The translations under genes were made by a program, and so were the position numbers. Below, piece after piece: positions 36,701-48,700 of a stretch of 64,000 nucleotides of DNA. The notes below the pieces were generated by a model that saw only the letters and a list, made by a program, of their open reading frames with translations, had not been told where the DNA came from and made no database searches. The stretch comes from Mobula birostris (Eukaryota). Numbering within the stretch: the first letter of the stretch is position 1; every line of letters begins with the position of its first letter. The stretch covers positions 103,995,586-104,059,585 of the forward strand of contig NC_092382.1 in the NCBI RefSeq assembly GCF_030028105.1, in the 5' to 3' direction.

Positions 36701-39700
36701 CACGTCCCATCCCACACTCCCGGGGTCGGGCACAGAGTGAAATTCCCTCCACACCATTCCATCAAACCCTCCCGTGGTCAGCCAGAAAATGAAGCTTCCT
36801 CTGAATAGTCCACTGTCGCATCACACGCTCTTGCGGACAAACACAGAGTGAAGCTCCATCAGCACCGTCCCATCACACACCCGGGAACAGGCACAGAATG
36901 AAAATACCTCAGCAAAGCTCATCACACACACGGGAACAGACAGGGAATGAAACTCCCCTCAGCACCGTTCCATCACGGTCTCACAGAGTCAGGCATCGCG
37001 TGATGCTTCTTTCACACCGTCCCGTCACCGAATACAGATTTCAAAAACCCAGCAAAGATCCCTGTACAAAATCCTGGGGTCAGACATAGAATGAAGCTCC
37101 CTCCACGCCGTCCCATCACACATTCCCGGGGTCAAACACAGAGTGACGTTTTCTCCACACCCTTCTACCATGAAACAGAAGGATGAGGCACAGAGTTAAG
37201 CTAGCCTCACAGTGTCCATTCGCACACCGCAGGGAAGTGGTACGGTGTAGCTCCTTCAGCACCATCCGACTACCGACAGCCGAAGAAAGACATGAAGAAA
37301 GCTCTTGCCCACTCTCTTGCCCAGAAATGGTGTAAGGCTCCTTCACCAGCGTCTCATCACACTTTCCCCGAATCAGACACAGAGTGAAGCTCCCTCGACA
37401 CCGTGCTGAAGGCGAGCTACACTCCAAGTGAGGTAAGGCAGGGTAAGTTCCTTTAAAAGTAGAACGGTATGCAGCGGTATTTTATTTGGAGCAAGGAAGG
37501 CGGCGAGGCTGTAGCGTATTGGGTAGGTCATGACAGCTCAGATCGGCCCCATGGTTTGTTCACCTGCATGTGCGAAATCAGGCACTTCCACTATCCCTGA
37601 CGACTATGTGTGCAGGAAATGTGTCCAGCTGCGGATTCTGGCAGACCGCATTGAACGGCTGGAGCTGCGATTAGATTTATACTGGAGCATCCGCGTTGCT
37701 GAGGAAGTCGTGAATAGCACGTTCAGTGAGTTGGTCACACCGCAAGTAAAGGCTACACAGGCAGAAAGGGAATGGGTGGCCGCTAGACAGCGTAGCAGTA
37801 GGCAGCTAGTGCAGGAGTTCCCTGAGGTCATCTCTCTCCTAAACAAATATACTGTTTTGGATACTGTTGGGAGAGATGTCTCATCAGGGGGAGTTAGCAG
37901 CAGCCGAGTTCATGGCACCATGGGTGGCTCTGCTGCACAGGAGGTGAAGGAAAATGAGTGGGAGAGCTATAGTTATAGGGGACTCGATTGTAAGGGGAAT
38001 AGATAGGCGTTTCTGCGGGAGCAAACGAGACTCCAGGAGGGTATGTTGCCTCCCTGGTGCAGGGGTCAAGGATGTCTCTCAGTGGCTGCAGGACATTTTG
38101 GAGTGGGAGGGTGAACAGCCAGTGGTGGTGGTGCACATAAGTACCAAGGAAAGAGGTAAAATAACGGGATGAAGTCCTAGAAGGTGAATTTAGGGAGTTA
38201 GGAGATAAACTAAAAAGCAGGACCACGAGGGTAATAATCTCTGGATTAGCAGCAGTGCCACGTGACACTCAGAGTAGAAATAGCAGGATATATCAGATAA
38301 ATACGTGGGTTGAAAATCGTGCAACGGGGAGGGATTCAATTTTCTGGGGCATTTGAACCTGTTCTAGAGGAGTTGACACCGGTACAAACAGGACGGTCTG
38401 CACCTGGGCTAGACTGGAACCAATGTCCTAAGGAGAGCGTTCGCTACTATTGTTAAGAAGGATTTAAACTAATGTGGCAGGGGAATGGGAACAAGTGCAG
38501 AGAGACAGAGGGGTGTAAAATGAGGGTAGAGCAAAAAGTAGTAAGGTGAAACGCAAAAGTGGCAGGCCGGCAAATTCAGGGTAAAAATCAAAAAGGACCA
38601 CTTTTCAACATAATTGTATAGGGGCTAAGAGTGTTGTAAAAGCAAGCCTGAAGGCTTTGTGTGTCAATGCAAGGAACATTCGTAACAAGGTGGGTGAATT
38701 GAATGTGCACATAGTTATTAATGAATATGCTGTAGTTGGGATCACAGAGACATGGCTCCTGTGTGACCAAGGATGGGAGCTCAACATTCAGGGATATTCA
38801 ATATTCAAGAGGGATAGACATGACAATTAATGAGGTCGGGTAGCATTGCTGGTTAGAGAGGAGATTAACGCATTAGAAAGGAAGGACATAAGCCGGGAGG
38901 ATGTGGAATCGATACGGGTAAAGCTGCATAACACTAAGGGACAGAGAACGCTGGTGGGAGTTGTGTACAGGCCACCTAACTGTAGTAATGAGGTTAGAGA
39001 TGGCATTAAACAGAAAATTAGAAATGCGTGCAATAAAGGAACAGCAGTTATAATGTGTGACTTGAATCTACATATAGATTGGGTGAACCAAATTGGTTAG
39101 TGTGCTGACGAAGAGGATTTCTTGGAATGTATGCCCGATGGTTTTCTGAATCAACATGTCCAGGAACCAACTAGAGAGCAGATAATTCTAGACCGGGTAC
39201 TGAGTAATGAGGAAGGGTTAGGTAGCAATCTTGTACTGCTAGGCCCATGCGTAAGGGTGATCATAATATAGTGGATTTCTTCATGAAGATGGAGAGTGAC
39301 ATATTTAATTCAGAAACAAAGGTTCTGAAATTAAGGGTAACTTTGAAGGTATGAAAAGTGAATTAGCGAAGATAGACTGGCAAATGATAATTAAAGGGTT
39401 GACGGAGGATATCCAACGGCAAGCATTCAAAGATCGCATGGAGGAACTACAACATTTGTTCATCCCAGTTTGGCACAAGAATAAACCAGGGAAGGTAGTG
39501 CACCTCTGGCTGACAGGGAAAATTAGGGATGGTATCAATTCCAAAGAAGAAACATACAAATTAGCCAGAAAAAAGCGGCACACCTGAGGACTGGGAGAAA
39601 TTCGGAGTCCGGCAGAGGTGGACAAATGACTTAATTAGGAAAGGCAAAAAAAGCTGATGAGAGAAAGATTGCAGGGAACCTAATAACTGACCTCAAAAGC

Positions 39701-42700
39701 TTTTATAGATATGTAAAAAGAAAAAAAAATAATTGGATAAGACAAATGCAGTTCTTAGAGTCAGAAACTGGTGAATTGTTCATGCGGAACCAGGACACGG
39801 CAGACCAATTGAATAACTACCTTGGTTCTGTCTTCACTAAGGAGGACATAAATAATCTTCCGGAAATATTAGTGGACCGAGGGTTCAGTGAGATGGAGGA
39901 ACTGAGGGAAAATACATGTTAGTAGGGAAGTGGTGTTGGATAAATTGAAGGGATTATAGGCAGATAAATCCCCAGGGCGAGATGGTCTGCATTCCAGAGT
40001 GCACCAAGAAGTAGCCCAAGAAATAGTGGATGCATTCGTGATAATTCTTCAAAACTCTTTAGATTCTGGATCAGTTCCTGAGGATTGGAGGGTGGCTAAC
40101 TTAACCCCGCTTAAAAAAAAAAAAAAGTGAGAGAGAAACCGGGGTATAATAGACCGGTTAGCCTGACATCGGTGGTGGGGAAAATGCTAGAGTCAGTTAT
40201 CAAAGATGTGATAACAGCAGATTTGGAAAGCGGTGAAATCATCGGAAAAAGTCAGCATGGATTTGTGAAAGGAAAATCATGTCTGACGAATCGCATAGAA
40301 TTTTTTGAGGATATAACTAGTAGAGTGGATAGGGGAGAAACAGTGGATGTGGTATATTTGGATTTTCAAAAGGCTTTTGACAAGGTCCCACACAGGAGAT
40401 TAGTGTGCAAACTTAAAGAACACGGTATTGGGGGTATGGTATTGATGTGGATAGAGAATTGGTTGGCAGACAGGAAGCAAAGAGTGGGAATAAACGAGAC
40501 GTTTTTCAGAATGGCAGGCAGTGACTAATGGGGTACCGCAAGGCTCAGTGCTGGGACCCCAGTTGTTTACAATATATATTAATGACTTAGTCGAGGGAAT
40601 TAAATGCAACATCTCCAAGTTTGCGGATGACACGAAGCTGGGTGGCAGTGTTAGCTGTGAGGAGGATGCTAAGAGGATGCACGGTGACTTGGATTGTTTG
40701 GGTGAGTGGGCAAATTCATGGCAGATGCAATTTGATGTGGATAAATGTGAGTTTATCCAGTTTGGTGGCAAGAACAGGAAAACCAATTATTTTCTGAATG
40801 GTGGCAGATTAGGATAACGGGAGGTGCAACGAGACCCCAGTGTTATTGTGCACCAGTCATTGAAAGTGGGCATGCAGGTACAGCAGGCAGTGAAAAGGCA
40901 AACGATTTGCTGGTATTCACATCAAGAGGATTCGAGTACAGGAGCAGGGTGTTTCTACTGCAGTTGCATAATTCCTTGGTGAGACCACCCCTGGAGTATT
41001 GTGTGCAGTTTTGGTCTCCTAATCTGAGGAAACACATCCTTGCCATGGAGGGAGTACAAAGAAGGTTCACCAGATTGATTCGTGGGATGGCAGGACTTTC
41101 ATATGATGAAAGACTGGATCGACTAGGCTTATAGTGGCTGGAATTTGGAAGATTGAAGGGGTCCTTATTGAAACATGCAAAATTCAGAAGAGATTGGACA
41201 GGCTAGATGCAGGAAGATTGTTCCAGATGTCGGGGAAGTCCAAAATGAGGGGTCACAGTTTAAGGATAAAGGTGAAACCTTTTAGGACCGAGATCAGGAA
41301 AAACTTCTTCACACAGACAGTGGTGAATCTGTGGAATTCTCTCTCACAGGAAACAGTTGAGGCCAGTTCATTGGCTATGTTTAAGAGGGAGTTAGATGTG
41401 GCCCTTGTGGCTAAGGGATTAGGGGGTATGGAGGGAAGGCTGCTACAGGGTTCTGAATTGGATGATCAGCCATGATCATACTGAATGGCGGTGCAGGCTC
41501 GAAGGGCCGAATGGCCTAATCCTGCACCTATTTTCTATGTTTCTATGTTTCTGTCTCCACGGACACATCACACACTCCAGGTGCCCGATGTGGAATGAAG
41601 CTCCCGTCCACACTGTCTCATGAGACACTCTTGGGGACAGACACATAGTGACGCTCCCTCCATACCGCCCCTCACACACACACCTTAGTTCGGAGAACAC
41701 AATTTATTTCCCTCCACAAAGTCCAGTCAGACACAGTGTGAATCTCTCTCTTCGTGGCACCGTCACACACTCTAGCGGTCAGACAGGGAAAGAAACTCCC
41801 TGAGCACACATAAAATTTCAGATTGAGAATGATTCTCCCCTCTACAGCTTCTCAACACACCACAGAGCAAAGTGTCAGACACAGAGTGAATCTCCCCCTT
41901 ATACGGTCCCGTCACACACTCCCGGATTCAGACACAGAATGAAGCTCCCTCCACACCGTCCCATCACACACTCTCGGGGTCAGAGATAGAGTGACTCTCC
42001 CTCCATAGTGTTCCGTCACACACTCCCGGGAGTCAGACACAGAGTGAAGCTCCCTGCACATGGTCCCATCACAGACTCCTGTGGTCAGTCACAGAGTAAA
42101 GTTCCCTTCACACCGTCCCATTACACCGTCTCGGGGTCACAGACAGAATGAATCTCCCACCACATGGTCCAATCCCACATCCCGAGTCTTACACAGTGTG
42201 ACTCTCCCTCCTTACGTCGCATCACATACTCCCTGGCGAGTCACAGAACGAAGCTCTTCCTGAACTGACCCACCACACCCCACTGTGTTCACACAAAGCG
42301 ACGTTCCACCCACACACTCCCATGGCACACTCACGGGGTCAGAATCTCTCCACAGCATCCAATCACACAATCTGGTGTCACATATAATAAACGTCCATCT
42401 GCACTGTCCCATCAAACACTCCCGGAGTCAGACACAGACGCTCTTTCTCTACGATCCCATTGAGACTGACACAGAGTGAAGCAACATCCGCTCCGTCCCA
42501 GCACACACTCCTGAATTCAGCACAGAGTGAAGCTTCCTCTGCACCGTCCCATCACTCACTTCCGGAATCACGCACAGAGTGAAGCCCCCTCTGCAACGTC
42601 CCATCACGCTGTCCCGGATTCAGATGAATCTTTCTCCACGGTGCCATAACGCCATGGATTCAGACATTGGGTGACGCTCTGTGGGCACTGTCCCATCACA

Positions 42701-45700
42701 CTATCCCACTGTCAGACATAGAGTGAAGCTGGATCCACACCCTCCCATCTGAGAGTCCCCGAGTCAGTCCTAGAGCGAAGCTGTAATGTTACGTCTCACA
42801 ATCCCGTGGTCAGACACAGAGTGAAACCACCTCCACAACGTCCCACCACACTCTCCTGGGTTCGGTGATAGAGTGCAACTTCCTCCGCGCAGCCCCATCA
42901 CACGATCACCGAGTCAGACACTGAGTGAATCTCCCTATATACCATCTCTTCACACACTCCCTATGTTAAGCACAGAGTGACGTTTCCGCTCACTGTGCCT
43001 GCCCCGTCATGAGGAGCGTGTTAAAGAGTGGATGATGCCTCACCTCTTCTGCTGGTCAACAATTCACAGATATGAGCCTTGGTTTCGTTGACAGATCTGA
43101 ACATCGTTTCCGTCTCAGTGAACTGGTGACGGAGATCAGTGTGAATTCGTTTGAGAATGGACAGATCAGAGTTGAGCGCAGAAAGATTCTTGAGACAGGT
43201 TCTCTGGGAGAGATTCAGGTGGGAAGTTAACTCATGGTAGTTTCGGTCAGACGTGATCATAGACTGACGAATCTGTGATACTGAGAGAGAAGGTGAAAGA
43301 TATTTATCGTTTACAGTGACACGTGAGTCACCGTCACGCTACCGAACGGGTCACAGAGAGTGATGTGTCAGTGTCACGGTGAAGGGTGTCACAGTGATGG
43401 ATGTGCTGGTGGCACAGTGAGAGAAGTCGGCGCCACCCTGCGGTGCGTGTCTGTGCCGCGCTGAGCGGTTTATAAATTTCCCGGTGAAGGTGTTACTGTT
43501 ACAATGGGGTCTGCATCAGTATCGTACGGGGCATGTTCGTGTTGCTGTGAGGTAAGTGACGGTGTCACTGTGATAGGTGTTTTTGTGCCCCGGCGAGAGT
43601 TGTGCCGGGTTACCGTGTCTCGATGTCACTGCGAGGGAAATGTCAGAGTGAGCGACCTGGTGTTGTCACGCTGGGTGGAGTATCTGTGTCATGGTGTTGG
43701 GTCTGCCGATCTCACAGAGAGGGGTGTGTCTGCGTCGACCTTGGAGACATGTCATGGCCACGATCGGTGTGACAGTGTCTCGCTGAGGTGTGTCGATGTC
43801 ACCGAGACTACTAGGTCGGGGACGCTGTGAAATTAAGTGTCGGCATCACGGTGACTGGTTTGCCTGTGTCACGGTGAGGTGCCTCAGTGAGCGGTGCCAC
43901 GGAGTTATTTTGAGGGCCGATACCGTATCGGTAATGGGCGTTGAAGTTGGTGTGAGTCTTTGTCACGATACCGAGCTGGACGGATCTCGTTGAGGAGCGT
44001 GTAGGTGTCTTGGTGTACGGTGCCTAACTGTCACGGTGAAGGACGTGTCGGTCTCACTGCGAGGTGAGTTTCGGTGTCGCCTAAGGGGAGTGTACCAGTT
44101 ACACTGTCAGGGTCAGGTCGATGTTCCAGTAAGGGGGACCATGTCTGTGTCACGATGTGGCTCGTGTCCCTGTCTCGGTTTGGAGTGCAACTGTGTCGAA
44201 TTGAAGTTTGCGTCCGTGCGACCGTGACAGGATTGTCTGGATGAGTCCTGAATGTGCTACGGTAAAGGCCGTGTCTTTGTCACGGTTAGCGGTGTGTCTG
44301 TGTTATGGTGAGGAGTTATTGTGTTGTTACGGTAAGGGGCGCGTCTGCGTCACTGTAGTGTTTTACAATAACAATTTGTTCCACTCTCTTTATTTGCGGT
44401 CTGACTCCACCCGGACCCCGTTCGGCTCACCGTGGATCGAGAGCCCGGCCACAATCACGGCAAGGATGCACGTAATGATGCAGAGTAAGTAGATCTTACG
44501 ATATGGTCTATTTCCGATGTACTCTTTCGGCTCCTGTTCGTGCGCACCTGTGGAGAGAGCACAAGACCATAAGATATAGGAGCAGAAGTAGGCTATTCGG
44601 CCTATTAAGTTTGCCTTTTCCTCATAACGTTTGAAGTTCGTTTCTCAGACAGAAAGCCGGTCACTAACGGTGTTCACCGGGGTCAAGGGTGGGACCAGTG
44701 ATCTTTATCAATTATATCGACGATTTGCGGTAGATTATATTGGTCGCGGTTGGTAAGCCTGCACACAACACTAACGTCGGTGCCGAGGTAAACAGTGAAG
44801 ACAGTTACCGCTTACACTGGGATTTCGATTACCTGGGGAAGGGGGCAGAGCAGTTGCAAATGTGATTTATTTTTCATAAGTGCGAGCTATCGTATTTCAG
44901 AAAGGAAAACAAGGGTACAACGTTCACAGTGTTCGGGAGAAACCCTGGCGTGTGTTGAATAACAGTGGGACAAAGGGCCCCACGTCCAACGTTCCTGGAG
45001 AGTGAAGTTACCGGTAGAGGGGTCGGTGAAGGTGTCTGACGTCCCGGCCTTCATCAATCAGGGCACGGAGTACAGGATTAAGGGGGTCACGTTGCAGTTG
45101 TACAAGACGTCGGTGAGGCCGCCCTTGGAGTACGGTGTTTAGTTTTGGTCGCCCTGCTATAGGAAATATATCAATGAGCTGGACAGATTGCAGAGGGATA
45201 TTTACGACGATATTGCCGGGGCTCGAGGGATTCAGTTACGGAGATAAGTCGAGCAGGTGGGGACTTTATTCCTTGCAGCGCAGGGGTGACCTTACAGGGG
45301 TGTATACAAACACGTGGGTACACAGAGAAGGTGAATGCGCACTGTAATTTTCTTTAATCTTGAGGAACCGTGGGCCGGAGCGCACATTTCTGAGATGATA
45401 GCAGAAAGAGATTTAAACTGGGACCCGAGTGACGATTTTGTTTTTACCCAGACGGCGGTCTGTCTATGGAACGAGCTGCCAGAGGAAGTGATGGATGCCG
45501 ATGCATTAGGACTTGAATTGTTGGGCGTATGGCACGTGACCACTTCAGAGTGACGTCATAACTGTGAACTCTGACCTCCTTGTGCAGTCACTGGCATTTC
45601 GGCGGGTGCCGAGGTAATGGGAGGATCCTCATAATCATCGATGAGAATGTCGTCTTTCCGAAGGTTCAGCATTGAATAGATGGATGTGACACCGTCTGGG

Positions 45701-48700
45701 AAGAAAGAAAGAGAATGTGAGAGACAGAGAAATAGAAGGAGGAGGAATGGTTACTTCGAGTGCCAGGATTTAGATGTTTCAGAAAGGACAGGGAGAGAGG
45801 CAAAAGAGGTGGGACTGTTGATCAGAGATAGTGTCACTGCTGCAGAAGAGCAGGAAGACAAGCAGGAATTGTTTATACCAAGGGGCTGGAGACTACCGAG
45901 ACGGTATATGAGGTGTTGCTCCTCCAAACTTGTCCCTACACCTCATCTCCTGCAAACATTCAGGGCCCCAAACAGTCCTTCCAGGTGAGACAACACTTCA
46001 CTTGTGAGTCTGTTGGGGTCGACTATTGAATCCGGTACTCCCGGTGCGACCTCATCTACATCGATGAAACCCGACGCAGATTGGGGGACCACTTCGTCGA
46101 GCACCTCCACTCCGTCCGCCACAACAGCTATGATCTCCCGGTAGCCACCCACTTCAACTCTGCTTCCCACTTCCATTCAGATATGTCCATATATGGCCTC
46201 CTCTACCTGTATGATGAGGCTAAACTCAGGTTGGAGGAGCAACACCTCATATACCGTCCAGGTAGTCTCCAGCCCCTTGGTATGAACATAGAATTCTCCG
46301 ACTTTCGGTAATTCCCTCCCCCTCCCTTCCTCTATCCCTATTTCACTCTACCCCGTCCCCCAGCTCCCTCATGGTTCCGCCTCCTTCTTCTACCACCCAT
46401 TTATTCAGGGCTATGAAGTCACTGCTTCCCCTCCCCCACCCCTTTATCTTTCAAGTTACTGGTCTTTCAACTGAAGCTACAAGCATTCTTCAAATCCTTC
46501 CCCATCTTTCATTCTTCAGTCCTGACGAAGGGTTCCGGTCCGAAACGTCGACTCATCGTTTCTGACTGACGCTGCCCGACCTGCTGAGTTCATCCAGCGT
46601 ACTGAAAGTGTTGCTTCAATAACTCTACAGGGAGTTTTTTTTTTTAATAGACGGCATGCTCTAAGATTGAATGGTTCAGATGGGAGAGAGTTCAGTAGGT
46701 GTGCTTAAAATGATTTCATTTAGAGTTCCTCAAAGAACTCTAAAGGCTTGATAGACATGACTTGCCTTTAACAAAACCATGTTGACTGTCCCTGATCAGA
46801 CCATGATTTTCTAAATGCCCAGAGATCCAATCTCTAAGAATCTTTTCCAAGACAGACGGAAAGCTCACTGGACTATAATTACCCGGACTGTCCCTACTAA
46901 CTTTTTTGAACAAGGTGTAAACATTCGCCTCCCTCCAATCCTCAGGTACCATTCACGTGGACACGAGGACATAAAGGTCCTCGCTCTGCCTAGGAAGGCA
47001 GTGGAGGCGAATTCTCTGGATTATTTCAAGAAAGATTTAGATCGAGCTGTTATAGGTCGCAGAGTCAAGGGATATAGGGAGAAGGCAGGAAAAGGGTACT
47101 GATTCTGGACGTTCAGCCATGATCACAGTGAATAGCGGTGCTGACTCGAAGGGATGAATGGCCTAATCCTGTACCTATTGTCTATTGTGTATTATCCCAC
47201 CCATCTACATTTGCATTCAGATCATTGTATATATCTCAAAGAGGAGATGTCCCAGTGGAAAGTCATAGATACAGATCACATCATAGGAGTAAAAGAGGTA
47301 AAAGAATAACTGAGCGCAGAGTAAAGTGTCACAGTTACAGAGAAAGTACAGTGCAGGCAGACATTAATATTCAAGGGGACACGACGTAGCAGACGGCGGT
47401 GTCTAGAGTACATTACCGTCATCGAGGACCATTGCATAGTCTGATAAAAGCGGGCACAAACTGCCTTTGTGCCTGGCCAGGCTTGTTTTGATATCTTCCC
47501 CCGATGTGGGAGAGTATGGGTTGGGCGGGGGTCTCGTAAGTACATTATCCTGGGTGGGTCGGAGTCTTTATTACGGAGGCTGCTTCAGCGATGCAGCGGG
47601 ATGTGTGGATGAAGGCCTTGAGGCTGCCTGATCTGCGCAATTCAAGCTGACTGAGAACAAAGTGCGATAAATGACAGATTGTCACTTGCTGGGAAGAGGA
47701 CAATCAATGGAGCAGAGACAATTAAAACGTGTTAAATGTCAGGAACTTTTGTTACCCCGATGGCAGTCAGTGAGTGGCACAAGCTGCCAGAGGTAGTGGC
47801 CGAGGCAGATGCATTAGAAACTTGGACACTTGGGAGTATGACACGTGACCCCTTCCGAATGGCGTCGGTACTGTGAACCCTGACCTGTTCGTGCAGTGAC
47901 TCGCAGCTCGCCGGAACTCGAGGCAATGGGAGGAACCTCATCCTCATCGATGACGGGTTCGTCTTTCCCAATGTTCAGCTCGGAGTAGGTGGAGGTCAGA
48001 CGGTCTGGGGAAGAAAGAGGAGAGAATGAGAGAGAGAGATTTAGAAGGAGGACAGACCAGTAAAGCATGGTGGAGGAGTGAGGACAGAGAAACGGAGCAG
48101 CGATGCAGGAAGATAGAGTGCGGAAAGAGAGGGCTGAGTGGTAGATATTGAAGATGAGAGAGAGGTTCAAGTGAGGGGAAAGAGCCGAGGAGAAAGAGCA
48201 GGATAGTGAGGATGAAAAGGATGAATGAACTGGGCAGAGAGGAGTGAGCGATTTGAGTGATGGGTGAGAAGATGGGAGTGAATGGGGGAGAGAGAACGGT
48301 GACGGAAAGGGGAAAGACAGAGAGAGGGAGGGAGAAAAGGGAGAGAGATTATGCGTAGGGGAGTGGCAGGGGTGAAAACATCAGCGAAGGAGAAGGTGAG
48401 AGAGGGGGACTGAGGAAAGGGAAAATTGGGAAGCTCAAGGATGCAAAATAAAGGGAGAGAGACAGAAGGGGAGACAGGTTAAATAGAGAGGGTAATGAGA
48501 GAGGGGAGAGCGTGGGGGAGAGAGGGACGAGGAGAATACAGAGAGTGAGAAGGTGTGGAGGGGGCAGTTGCTCGGAAGATTGGGTCACAGCGAGAGGGTG
48601 TGAACGGGGAGATAGACTGAAACAGGAGGGAGAAAACGTGGCGGGGCGAAGTGAGCGAAGTGAGGGAAAGAGTGCGCGAGAAGAACGAGGGCGGTGGAGA

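Noticed and set aside
37405-41552. Active CR1 element
   Set aside because: Many stops and frameshifts in both ORFs
44431-44547. Activating receptor with a charged TM residue (DAP10/DAP12/FcRg coupling)
   Set aside because: Arg and Lys lie at the cytoplasmic boundary (RPYRK). The hydrophobic core is uncharged and the tail has ITIMs.
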